Shown: in pieces, positions 1-8,839 of the stretch | How positions within the stretch are numbered: the first letter of the stretch is position 1 | How the letters are laid out: each line of letters starts with the position of its first letter | Assembly: GCA_963728205.1 (NCBI GenBank) | Contig: CAVSIV010000006.1 | Location: 32,001 to 96,000 of the forward strand | Origin: an uncultured Chloroflexia bacterium | GTDB taxonomy: Bacteria; Chloroflexota; Dehalococcoidia; UBA2979 | DNA: 64,000 nt | Direction: 5' to 3' | The notes under the pieces: generated by a model | Seen by the model: only the letters and a program-made list of their open reading frames with translations | What the model was told of the DNA's origin: nothing | Databases searched by the model: none | Made by a program: the position numbers and the translations under genes

Positions 1-562
1 GCGCGGCCACGCGCTCCAGCGCGGCGGCGTCGTTTGAGCCCAGCACGATGCGATCCGGCGCCATGAAGTCGCGGACCGCGCTCCCCTCGCGCAGAAACTC
101 GGGGTTGGAGACGACGGCGATCGTGGAGGCGCCGGAGCGCCGCGCCATCCCCTCCACGAGCTCCGCCGTGCCGATCGGCACCGTGCTCTTGTTCACGATC
201 ACCGCGCCGGACCGCAGGTGCGGCGCCAGCTCGGCGACCGCGTCGCGCACCGCGTGCAGGTCGGCGGCGCCGCGTCGCGACGACGGCGTGTTCACCGCGA
301 TGAATACGACGTCGGCACGAAGCGTGCCGTCGCCGTCCGCCGCGTCCGCGTAGTCCCCGTGGAAGCTGAGCCGCCCGGACGCGAGGCCGGAGCGAATGAG
401 CGCGTCGAGGCCCGGCTCGAACACCGGCGACTGCCCTGCCTGCAGCATCGCCACGCGCTCCGCGTCGATGTCGATGCCGTGAACCCGGTATCCCATCTCG
501 GCGAAGCACGTGGCCGTCACGAGGCCGACGTAGCCGCACCCAATCACCGCGAGATCAGTCAC
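1..562 (-). CDS. ugd: UDP-glucose/GDP-mannose 6-dehydrogenase (N-terminal part, runs off window)
   Basis: Hand translation from GTG at 562: MTDLAVIGCGYVGLVTATCFAEMGYRVHGIDID (GxGYVG Rossmann motif), later KSTVPIGT and SNPEFLREG. GTGA overlap with the stop of the upstream gene. Not in ORF track. Confidence 0.93.
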   Translation of the reverse strand, partial: MTDLAVIGCGYVGLVTATCFAEMGYRVHGIDIDAERVAMLQAGQSPVFEPGLDALIRSGLASGRLSFHGDYADAADGDGTLRADVVFIAVNTPSSRRGAADLHAVRDAVAELAPHLRSGAVIVNKSTVPIGTAELVEGMARRSGASTIAVVSNPEFLREGSAVRDFMAPDRIVLGSNDAAALERVAA

Positions 563-1503
563 GACGCAATGCCTTTCCGTTCCGCGCCGGCAGCGGCGTC
601 GGGCGTGCTGCGGAAGTCTGTCGACGCGCGGTCGACGACCCGTTGACGAGGGGTAGCGGGCGAGTCCGCGCCGCCGCTCGGCGCGCGCACTCGCTGCCAT
701 GCCGAGGCCGGCAGGAGACGGGCGAGCGCGGGCGCGTCGCGCAGCAGGTAGCGCCGCCACAGGCGGCCGGGCTCCTGCGCGAACCGGAACGCCCACTCGA
801 GCCCCGCCCGTTGCACGACGCGGGGCGCGCGCACGCGGCGCGACGAGAAGAAGTCGAGCGTCCCGCCGACGCCAATCCAGATCGCCGACGGGGCGACGTC
901 GAACCACGTCGTCATCACGCGCTCCTGGCGTGGCGATCCGAGCGCGACCAGCACGAGGTCTGGATCCGCGTCCGTGATCGCCTGCCGGTCGCCGGCTTCC
1001 TCCTCGGGCGTCAGCGCGCGGTACGGCGGGCACGCCGCGAGGACCACGCGGACGCCGGGATAGGTGGACTCGACACGCTCCCGCGCGGCCGCGGCGTTCT
1101 CGGGGTCGGATCCGTAGAACGCGACGCGCAGGCCGCCGCGCTCCGCGCTGCGGCCGAACAGCTCGCCCACGAGGTCGACGCCGGTGACGCGGCGCACGCG
1201 ACGCGCACCGGCGAGCCGCGCCAGCAGCACGACGGGCCACCCGTCCGCCGTGACCAGGGAGGCCTGCTGGAGATTCGTGAGCAGCTGTCCGTCCGTGCGC
1301 GCGCTCGCGAGGAAGTCGAGGTTCGCGGTCGCGACGCGGACGCCGGCGCCGCCATCCAGCGCGTCGAAGCACCGTGCGACGGCCGCCTCCATGTCGCCGT
1401 CGAAGATCGGGATGCCCCCCACGCGGCACGCCGGCGGGGCGGTCGCCGATCCGGCGGCCGCGGTGAGCCACGTGGTGTCCGCGGCACTCGCTGCCCTCTG
1501 CAT
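559..1503 (-). CDS. WecB/TagA/CpsF family glycosyltransferase
   Basis: TANLD, ADGWPVV, RVTGVDL, VALGSPRQE, GVGGTLDF, RAP, GLEWAFRFAQEPGRLWRRY motifs. Start taken at ATG 1503 (uncertain). Confidence 0.9.
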   Translation of the reverse strand: MQRAASAADTTWLTAAAGSATAPPACRVGGIPIFDGDMEAAVARCFDALDGGAGVRVATANLDFLASARTDGQLLTNLQQASLVTADGWPVVLLARLAGARRVRRVTGVDLVGELFGRSAERGGLRVAFYGSDPENAAAARERVESTYPGVRVVLAACPPYRALTPEEEAGDRQAITDADPDLVLVALGSPRQERVMTTWFDVAPSAIWIGVGGTLDFFSSRRVRAPRVVQRAGLEWAFRFAQEPGRLWRRYLLRDAPALARLLPASAWQRVRAPSGGADSPATPRQRVVDRASTDFRSTPDAAAGAERKGIAS

Positions 1504-1743
1504 GACGTCACGCCTCCGCGCCGCCCTCGCCCGCCCGACGTGGCGTCGGGGGTGGCGGAGCGCCACGCGGCCGAATGTGCGGGCGGCACGTCGATCGGCC
1601 GTTGACGCGCGGTGCCGGCAGCACGAGATCGGGCGAGCGAGCTCCGCGCCGTGCCGGCGCGGGGCAGGTTCGCGGCGGCGCGCGGCGCGCCCGCTCGGGC
1701 GTTCGCGGCGCACCGCCCGCGCGCGCCGCGGTCCTGACCAACG

Positions 1744-1775
1744 CTGCACCGTTGCTCGATCCCCGCGTCCCTAGG
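1744..1775 (+). promoter_or_regulatory. Shared bipartite motif, copy upstream of the epimerase
   Basis: CTGCACCGTTGCT...CCCTAGG; CTAG begins 27 nt after motif start; similar to copies at 3591, 12755, 15979, 18925, 22627. Confidence 0.4.
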
Positions 1776-1844
1776 CTCGTTTGTCTCGCTTGCACCGGGC
1801 GCGCGGAGTCGAACCGCTGCGCCCGTCATCAACGGAGGTTCACG

Positions 1845-2780
1845 GTGCGGGTGCTGGTGACGGGCTCATCGGGGATGGTCGGGAGCGCGCTCTGCGAGCG
1901 GCTCGGCGCGCAGGGCGACGTCGCGCTCTGCGTCGACCGCGCGCCGAATGCGTGGAATCCCGATCTCGAAGCGCGCACGCTCAAGGTCGACCTGCTCGAC
2001 GAGCCGCGCACGTGGCCGCTGCCGCGCAGCGGCGTCGACGTGGTCGTCCACTGCGCGGCGAACGCCCGCGTCCACGACCTCGTCGTGCGGCCGGAGCTGG
2101 CGCTGGAGAACGTCGTCACCGTGGCGCACGCGCTCGAGTACGCGCGACAGGTCGGCGCGGCCTTCGTGTTCACGTCGAGCCGCGAGGTCTACGGGAACCA
2201 GGGCCGCGGCGTGTACCGCGAGGAAGACGTCCGGAACGACGCGATCGAGAGCCCGTACGCGGCGTCCAAGCTCGGCGGCGAGCACCTCGTCTTCTCGTAC
2301 CGGAAGGTCTACGGGCTGCCGGTCGTCGTCGTTCGCCTGTCGAACGTGTACGGGCGGAACGACATGACCGACCGCTTCGTGCCCACCGCGATCCGCCGGG
2401 CGCTGTCCGGCGAACCGCTCCCGATCTACGGAGCGCGAAAGCGGCTCGACTTCACCTACCTGGACGACACCGTGTCGGGCATCGTCGGCGTAATCGGCCG
2501 CGTGCAGGAGTTGAGCGGCGAGGTGCTGAACATCGCGAGCGGGCGCGGCTACACGCTCGTGGAGACGGCGCAGCGCATCGGCGAGCTGCTCGGACGGCCG
2601 CTCACGCTGCTGGCGGCCGAGAGCCGCCCGGGTGAGGTCGTCGACTTCCAGGCCGACATCACGAAGGCGCGGCGCGAGCTCGGCTACGAGCCGCGCACGA
2701 CGCTCGAAGACGGGCTGTCCCGGGCGGTCGCGTGGTACCGCACGCGCCTCCCGGTGCAGGCCGGCGCGGCGGCGCGCTAG
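1845..2780 (+). CDS. NAD-dependent epimerase/dehydratase (extended SDR)
   Basis: VLVTGSSGMVG, HCAA, TSSREVYG, YAASK, NVYG. GGAGG RBS before GTG 1845. Confidence 0.92.
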   Translation: MRVLVTGSSGMVGSALCERLGAQGDVALCVDRAPNAWNPDLEARTLKVDLLDEPRTWPLPRSGVDVVVHCAANARVHDLVVRPELALENVVTVAHALEYARQVGAAFVFTSSREVYGNQGRGVYREEDVRNDAIESPYAASKLGGEHLVFSYRKVYGLPVVVVRLSNVYGRNDMTDRFVPTAIRRALSGEPLPIYGARKRLDFTYLDDTVSGIVGVIGRVQELSGEVLNIASGRGYTLVETAQRIGELLGRPLTLLAAESRPGEVVDFQADITKARRELGYEPRTTLEDGLSRAVAWYRTRLPVQAGAAAR

Positions 2781-2907
2781 GGCGCGCGTCGCCGCGCCGG
2801 CGCGTCGGCTTCGCGGCCTTCACGCGACCCACCGCCACGTCCGCGCTCCCTCGCCGAGGGCCGCCGGCTCCACGCACATGAAGAAACATGAAGAAGGGGA
2901 ATGCCCA

Positions 2908-3510
2908 GTGACCCAGCGCGGATTCGTCATCTGGCTCAGCGGCCTCTCCGGCGCGGGAAAGTCCACGATCGCCACGGCGCTCGCCCGGCGCCTCGACGAC
3001 GCGGCGCTGCCGGTCGAGGTGCTCGACGGGGACGACGTCCGTCGGGTGCTCTCGAGCGGCCTCGGCTTCACGCGCGAAGACCGCGACACCAACGTGCTCC
3101 GCATCGGGTTCGTGGCCCAGCTGCTCGCGCGCAACGGCGTCGCGGTCATCGTCGCCGCGATCTCCCCGTACGCCGCGACGCGCGAGAAGGTGCGTGCCTG
3201 GTTCGACGAGTTCATCGAGGTCCACGTCGACTGCTCGCTCGACGAGCTGGTCCGTCGCGACACGAAGGGGCTCTACCGGCGCGCGCTCGCGGGGGCGCTC
3301 GAGCACTTCACCGGGATCTCGGATCCGTACGAGGCGCCGGCGCAGCCGGACGTGCGTGTCGACACCGAGCATTGGACGGTCGACGAGTGCGTCGACGCGG
3401 TCGCGGCCGTGCTCCAGCGCCGCGAGCTCCTCGGAGGACCCGCGGAGCGCCCGGCGCCGGCGCGAGCGCTGGTTGCCGACGGAATCGCCAGCGGCAGCAC
3501 GGCGCGCTGA
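2908..3510 (+). CDS. cysC: Adenylyl-sulfate (APS) kinase
   Basis: IWLSGLSGAGKST, LDGDDVR, LGFTREDRDTN, AISPY, RDTKGLY, FTGISDPYEAP. Alternative start ATG 2878. Confidence 0.95.
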   Translation: MTQRGFVIWLSGLSGAGKSTIATALARRLDDAALPVEVLDGDDVRRVLSSGLGFTREDRDTNVLRIGFVAQLLARNGVAVIVAAISPYAATREKVRAWFDEFIEVHVDCSLDELVRRDTKGLYRRALAGALEHFTGISDPYEAPAQPDVRVDTEHWTVDECVDAVAAVLQRRELLGGPAERPAPARALVADGIASGSTAR

Positions 3511-3590
3511 TGCCGCCGCGGGGTGCGACGCGGCTCCGCGAAGGTCCGCGTGAGCAGTGGTCGTGTGTTGGTCGTCACCCGCTGCCGTCA

Positions 3591-3620
3591 CTCAACCAGC
3601 GCTCAACGGTGTCTGCCTAG
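3591..3620 (+). promoter_or_regulatory. Shared bipartite motif, copy upstream of the Wzz-like gene
   Basis: CTCAACCAGCGCT-N12-CCTAG; same spacing as the copy at 15979. Confidence 0.45.
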
Positions 3621-3676
3621 TGTGCCGGCGGGCTGGGGCTCCGGCATCAGCGGCCGACAGCGAAGGAGAGTCGAGC

Positions 3677-4774
3677 ATGATTCCCAGGAAACCGATCGAA
3701 TGGACGTTCCGGCGTCTACCCCTGCTGATCGTGCTCATCATCGTGCCGCCGATCCTCGTGGCAACGGTGCTCGAGCGGGCACCCGCGTCCTACCAGTCCT
3801 CAGCCAGCGTCATCGTGGCCGACCCGTCGCTGGTCACGGGGCCCGGCCCGACGGCGAGTAATCGCTTCGCCACCGCGGCGGAGGCGCAGTCGCAGGCGCT
3901 GCAGGCGCTGCTCACCACGCGGACGTTCGTCGACCAGATCGCGATCGCCGCGCGCCTCGTCCCGTCGGAGACCACGAACGGGACGACGGTGATCGCGCCG
4001 ACGGTCTCGCAGGCGGCCCTCAAGACCGTCCGTGACGAGGTCCGGAGCGACCTGTCGGTGTCGGTCAACGGGGCCAACGTGCTCGGGATCGCTGCCCAGA
4101 GCACGAGCCCGGTGGTTGCGCAGCGTCTCGTCTCGGCCGCCGTGGCCGCCTACCAGGCGAACGTCGCGGCGCAGGCGGAGCGCCAGCGCACGATCAGTCA
4201 GCAGTTCTACACGGACCGGCTCGCGATCGTGCAGCAGCAGGCGGACGCCGCGGTCGCAGAGCTGGACGCCTACCGCACCGCGCACCCGGTGCCGGCCGAC
4301 GCGCGCCCGGGGACCATCCCGGCGGACCCCAACCTGCAGGCGCTCCAGAGCCACGCGGACGTGATGACGGCGCAGGTCCAGGGCGTGCTGCAGGCGATGG
4401 GTCAGCTGGACGTCGACTCGGCGTCCGCGCAGCAGCAGCTGGCGGCGGCGTTCGCGGTGGCCGACGAGCCGCTGGTGCCGACCGAGCCGCTGCGACCGTC
4501 GCTCATGCACCGGCTGGGCTACCCGCTCGCGGCCGCCGTCGGCGGAATGCTGCTCGCGGCCGCGTACATCTACCTGAAGTACCAGTCGGACCACACCATC
4601 CGCTCGAGCGAGGACCTGGTCCCACTGGGCGTGCCCCTGCTCGGCTACGTGCCGCACGTGAACGTGCGGCAACACCAGCGGCTGCACCGGCGACTGCGGT
4701 GGCCCCGCAAGGGCTTTGCGCGAGGGCTGGCCGCGTCCATCCACGGTGACCTGAACACGGAGAGTGTCCTATGA
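3677..4774 (+). CDS. Polysaccharide chain-length determinant / co-polymerase (Wzz/GumC-like)
   Basis: N-terminal TM helix, YQSSASVIV, coiled-coil Q/A-rich periplasmic region, second TM, C-terminal DHTIRSSEDL..LGVPLLGYVP. AAGGAG RBS. Confidence 0.82.
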   Translation: MIPRKPIEWTFRRLPLLIVLIIVPPILVATVLERAPASYQSSASVIVADPSLVTGPGPTASNRFATAAEAQSQALQALLTTRTFVDQIAIAARLVPSETTNGTTVIAPTVSQAALKTVRDEVRSDLSVSVNGANVLGIAAQSTSPVVAQRLVSAAVAAYQANVAAQAERQRTISQQFYTDRLAIVQQQADAAVAELDAYRTAHPVPADARPGTIPADPNLQALQSHADVMTAQVQGVLQAMGQLDVDSASAQQQLAAAFAVADEPLVPTEPLRPSLMHRLGYPLAAAVGGMLLAAAYIYLKYQSDHTIRSSEDLVPLGVPLLGYVPHVNVRQHQRLHRRLRWPRKGFARGLAASIHGDLNTESVL

Positions 4775-5511
4775 CCCGCCTCGCGATCACCGGCTGGGCC
4801 CGCACCGGCGACAAGGCCGCGGCAATCGACCGCCCGTTCCCGCTCGCACGAGATCCGCAGGCGCGCACGCGCGCGGTGCTCGAGGACGCCGTGCGCACCG
4901 CGCTCCACATGGGCGGCATCGGGCTCACCTCGGACGACGAGAGCGCCCCGCGGACGCAGGTGATCGGCATCACCGCCCCGCACGGCCAGGAGGGCAAGAC
5001 CACCATCGCCGCGGCGGTGAGCGGCACGCTCGTGAAGCACGAGGGCCGCGGCGTCGTCCTCGTCGACGCCGACACGCACACGAACGCCATCGCCCGCGAG
5101 TACGGGCTGGCGGGCCACCTCGGCCTCACGGACTTCCTGGCGGGAGAGACGAGCCTGGCCGGCGTCACCTGCGCCTCGCCCTCGCGGCGGCTGAGCATCA
5201 TCCCGGCCGGCACCCAGCCGATGCCGCCGGTGTCGTACGCCCAGCTCTCGGCGCTCATCGCGCAGCTCCGCGCGTCGCACGACTACGTGATCGTCGACCT
5301 TCCCGGCGCGCTCCGCTCGACCACCGCACCGCCGCTGGCACGGCTGTGCGACGGCGTGATGGTCGTCGTGCGCTCCGGCGCCACGACGACGCTGGACCTC
5401 GACCGCGCGCTGCAGCGGCTGCGGGACGCGCACGTGCTGGGGGTGATCGTGAACCGCTGGCGCACGCGCATCCCGCGGTTCGTCGAGCAGGCGCTCGACC
5501 TGGGGATGTAG
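4771..5511 (+). CDS. CpsD/CapB-family tyrosine-protein kinase (Wzc cytoplasmic part)
   Basis: Walker A GQEGKTT, VLVDAD, GLTDFL, YVIVDLP, CDGVMVVVR, LGVIVNR. ATGA-coupled to the Wzz-like gene. Confidence 0.88.
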   Translation: MTRLAITGWARTGDKAAAIDRPFPLARDPQARTRAVLEDAVRTALHMGGIGLTSDDESAPRTQVIGITAPHGQEGKTTIAAAVSGTLVKHEGRGVVLVDADTHTNAIAREYGLAGHLGLTDFLAGETSLAGVTCASPSRRLSIIPAGTQPMPPVSYAQLSALIAQLRASHDYVIVDLPGALRSTTAPPLARLCDGVMVVVRSGATTTLDLDRALQRLRDAHVLGVIVNRWRTRIPRFVEQALDLGM

Positions 5512-5521
5512 GGGGCGCGTG

Positions 5522-5665
5522 ATGACCGTCGTACTGGCGGCCGTGGTGCTCGCGGCGCTCCTGAGCGTTCGGCGCGTGCAGCGGCGCGTCCCCTCCGAAT
5601 CGCTGATCGCCTTCATCGGCGTCGCCGTGATCCTCACGGGACTGCTGTTCACCGGTCGCCTGTAG
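5522..5665 (+). CDS. Small 47-aa two-helix membrane protein (not in ORF track)
   Basis: MTVVLAAVVLAALLSVRRVQRRVPSESLIAFIGVAVILTGLLFTGRL*; fills the gap between operon genes, high GC3, GGGGG upstream. Confidence 0.55.
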   Translation: MTVVLAAVVLAALLSVRRVQRRVPSESLIAFIGVAVILTGLLFTGRL

Positions 5666-5680
5666 CCCTGGCGGTACGCC

Positions 5681-7213
5681 GTGTTCGAGACGATGACCCG
5701 CGACAGCCGACTCGAGATCCCGGGACTCGCCGTGGTGGTCGAGCTCGTCGGTGCCGCGCTGGCGGCCACGACGTTCGCGGCCGCCACGGTGCTGTTCGGG
5801 TACCACGCGCTCCTGGTCCTCAGCTACATGCTGCTGGTGCTCGGGGTGGTGCTCTACCCGCGCGCGCTCGCCGTCGTGCTGCTCGTCCTGATGATCGTGA
5901 TCGAGCCCGCGGCCTACGACTTCACGGCGCCGATCAGCAACCTCCTGTACAGCACGGACAACCTGCGGTTCCTCCCGCTCACGATGACACCGCTCGAGGC
6001 GCTGCTGCTCCTCCTCGCGCTGTCGCTGATCATCCGCGCGGCGCCGCGCCTCCCGGTCCGACTGCCCGCGCTCGTGTGGGCGGCGCCGGTCGTGTTCGCC
6101 ATGGGGATCGCGTATGGCGTCCTCCGGCACCACGGCGCCGTGAACAACGCGTACGAAGAGGCGCGCGGGCCGGTCTTCGCCTTCCTCGGCTTCTTCATCG
6201 TGCTGCGCATGCGCGACCTGAACACGGCGGTCGTGCGGCGCGCGCTGCTGGTCGCCAGCAGCGGCCTCGCCATCCTGCTGCTGGCGCGCTACGTCGTATA
6301 CCAGCGCCTCGGCGGATCCACGGACGTCGCGCAGCAGTTCCAGTACGCGCACGAGGACGTGATCTTCCTCGGGATCGGATTCGCCGTCGCCGGGGTCCTG
6401 CTGCTCCGGACGGGCACGTCGTCGCGCACGCGCACCTGGCTCCTCCTGCACGAGGCGCTCGTGCTCGCGGCCACGGCCGCCAGCGGGCGGCGCGCGGGCA
6501 CCCTCGTGATGGCCGTGATCTCCCTGGTCCTGCTCTGGATGCTGCTGCCCAAGCGGCCCGTGCTGATCACCGCGATCACCGGCCTCACCATCGTCTTCGG
6601 CGGCCTGTACCTCGGCGCCTACTGGCACCAGGACTACGGGGCCGTTGCGCAGCCCGCCCGCGCGATCCGCTCGCAGATCGCGCCCAACGCCCGCGACAAC
6701 TCGTCGGACACCTATCGCCTCGTCGAGCTCTACGACGTCACTAAGACGCTCCGCCTCAACACCGTGTTCGGCGTCGGCTTCGGGCGGCCGTTCATCGCGT
6801 TCCAGCCGCTGCCATCGCTGTCGTGGTGGTCGCTGCAGTACTACACGCCGCACTCGAACATCCTCTGGCCCTGGCTGAAGACCGGCATCATCGGGATGTC
6901 CGTCCTGCTCGGAATCTGGGTGCTCGCCCTGCGGCGCTGCCTGACCGCCGCGCGCGACGCGCCGGCCCTGGCGCCGGTCCCGCTCGTCCCGCTCGTGGTC
7001 GCCGCCTCGCTGGTCGCCTTCCTCACGTTCAGCTCCGTCGACCTGCTCTTCGTCGGGTCGCGCAGCATGGTGCCGTTCGGCATGACCGTCGCGACCGCGT
7101 TCCTCCTGTGCGACGCACCGACCGCGCCCACCGAGGACGAGCAGGCCGCCGCGGGCGAGCGCGCCGTCTCGACGCGGCGGGCCCGCGCCGGGATGGGACG
7201 GTCGCGGCCGTGA
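5681..7213 (+). CDS. O-antigen ligase / Wzy polymerase-family membrane protein
   Basis: About 12 hydrophobic segments, SGRRAG, loop with conserved R then FGVGFG and PHSNILWPWLKTGIIG (HN-like motif). Confidence 0.85.
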   Translation: MFETMTRDSRLEIPGLAVVVELVGAALAATTFAAATVLFGYHALLVLSYMLLVLGVVLYPRALAVVLLVLMIVIEPAAYDFTAPISNLLYSTDNLRFLPLTMTPLEALLLLLALSLIIRAAPRLPVRLPALVWAAPVVFAMGIAYGVLRHHGAVNNAYEEARGPVFAFLGFFIVLRMRDLNTAVVRRALLVASSGLAILLLARYVVYQRLGGSTDVAQQFQYAHEDVIFLGIGFAVAGVLLLRTGTSSRTRTWLLLHEALVLAATAASGRRAGTLVMAVISLVLLWMLLPKRPVLITAITGLTIVFGGLYLGAYWHQDYGAVAQPARAIRSQIAPNARDNSSDTYRLVELYDVTKTLRLNTVFGVGFGRPFIAFQPLPSLSWWSLQYYTPHSNILWPWLKTGIIGMSVLLGIWVLALRRCLTAARDAPALAPVPLVPLVVAASLVAFLTFSSVDLLFVGSRSMVPFGMTVATAFLLCDAPTAPTEDEQAAAGERAVSTRRARAGMGRSRP

Positions 7214-7818
7214 GCGCGCCACAGGTGGCACCCGCTCCCGGCGCCGCCGGTGAAGCGCTGAGCTTCGTCCGCCGCCGCGGCTGGCGCGCCCTGCTCTCGG
7301 CCGGCGTCCAGCACGCACGCGCCCGCTGGGCGCTGCGCGCGGCCACGCACGTCGGGACCGCGCGGCTGCAGGGCCGGGCGCACGTCTCCAACGCCGGCGA
7401 GCTGATCGTCGAGGACCGCGTCCGCCTCGCCGGCGGGGCCGTGCGGCTCGACCTCACCTGCCACCGAGGGGCGCGACTGCGCATCGGGGAGGGCACGTTC
7501 ATCAACTACGGCAGCGACATCTCCGCCACGACGCGCGTCGACATCGGCCGCCACTGCGACATCGGCCAGTACGCGATCATCATCGACAACGACTACCACG
7601 CGGCCGACGACCACACGCGGCGCGGCCCCGGGCGGCCCGTGGTGCTCGAAGACGACGTGTGGCTGGGCGCGCGCGTGACCGTGCTGCCCGGCGCGCACAT
7701 CGGCCGCGGCGCCGTCATCGGCGCCCACTCCGTCGTCCGCGGCGACATCCCGCCCCACACGCTCGCGGCCGGCGTCCCCGCCCGGGTCATTCGCAGGCTG
7801 GAGTCCGCCGATGCGTGA
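7210..7818 (+). CDS. Hexapeptide-repeat sugar O-acetyltransferase
   Basis: IGEGTFIN, DNDYH, VVLEDDVWLGARVTVLPGAHIGRGAVIGAHSVV..DIP..AGVPARVIR. GTGA overlap. Confidence 0.92.
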   Translation: MSAPQVAPAPGAAGEALSFVRRRGWRALLSAGVQHARARWALRAATHVGTARLQGRAHVSNAGELIVEDRVRLAGGAVRLDLTCHRGARLRIGEGTFINYGSDISATTRVDIGRHCDIGQYAIIIDNDYHAADDHTRRGPGRPVVLEDDVWLGARVTVLPGAHIGRGAVIGAHSVVRGDIPPHTLAAGVPARVIRRLESADA

Positions 7819-8839
7819 CGTCGACGTCGTGATCGCGACCCGCAACCGCCCGCAGCCGCTCGAACGCTGCCTCACCGCGCTGACGCGCCAGGCGTACCGC
7901 GACTTCGGCGTGATCGTCGTCGACGACGCGTCGGACGAGCCGGTCGCGGACCACCTGCCACGCGACCTGCGCGATGCGCTCACGCCCACCGTCCTGCGGC
8001 AGGAGCGGCGCGCGGGGCCGGGCGCTGCCCGCAACGCCGGCGTCGCCGAGAGCGGCGCGCGCTACATCGTCTTCGTCGACGACGACGTGTGCGCCCAACC
8101 CGAGCTCGTCGCCCGCCACGTGGCTGCGCTCGCCGCGGGCGATGGCGAGCGGCGCGCGGCGATCGGTCCGCTCGCCATGCCGCCGGACTGGCGTCCCACC
8201 CCGTGGAATCTCTGGGAGGCGCGCACCGTCGACGTCGAGTACGGGCGGATGCTGCGCGGCGAGTACCGCCCCACGTGGCGCCAGTTCCATACCGGAAACG
8301 CCTCGCTCGTCCGCGCCGACTTCGAGGCGGTCGGCGGATTCGACGAGCGGTTCGACCGCGCGGAGGACATCGAGCTCGCGCTGCGGCTGCGCCAGCACGG
8401 CGTCGAGTTCGTCTTCGACCCGCTGGCGATCGGCTGGCACTACGCCCACCGCTCGCTCGCGGCGTGGCGCAACGTCGCTCGCAGCTACGCACGCACCGAC
8501 GTGATGCTCTCGGAGCTGCACCCCGAGCTCGGCTGGCTCCACGCCATCGGGCGCGAACGCGCCCGCCGCCATCCCGCGCTGCTGCTCGCCCGGCGCGCGT
8601 TCGAGCGACGCGCGCTGCGCCCGCTCGTGACCGCTGGAGCGACCGGCGCCGCCCGGGTCCTGCACGCGGCGCGCGCTCGGCGCCTCGCGATGTACGGACT
8701 GAGCCTCGCCTACGACCTGGAGTACTCGGACGCACTGCGGCACGAGGTGCGGGCGGCATGCCCCGTCGCCGGCGGCACGCCGTGGGGCGCCGCGTCGCGA
8801 CGGGACGCACCGCATCGAAGGAGACAGGCCGATGCCTAG
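7811..8839 (+). CDS. Glycosyltransferase family 2
   Basis: VVIATRNR, VVDDAS, ARNAG, FVDDD, GGFDERF, EDIELALRL. Confidence 0.92.
   Translation: MRDVDVVIATRNRPQPLERCLTALTRQAYRDFGVIVVDDASDEPVADHLPRDLRDALTPTVLRQERRAGPGAARNAGVAESGARYIVFVDDDVCAQPELVARHVAALAAGDGERRAAIGPLAMPPDWRPTPWNLWEARTVDVEYGRMLRGEYRPTWRQFHTGNASLVRADFEAVGGFDERFDRAEDIELALRLRQHGVEFVFDPLAIGWHYAHRSLAAWRNVARSYARTDVMLSELHPELGWLHAIGRERARRHPALLLARRAFERRALRPLVTAGATGAARVLHAARARRLAMYGLSLAYDLEYSDALRHEVRAACPVAGGTPWGAASRRDAPHRRRQADA

Noticed and set aside
1744-1756. Sigma-54 promoter suggested by TTGCT
   Set aside because: No GG at the -24 position (GG-N10-GC) in this copy.
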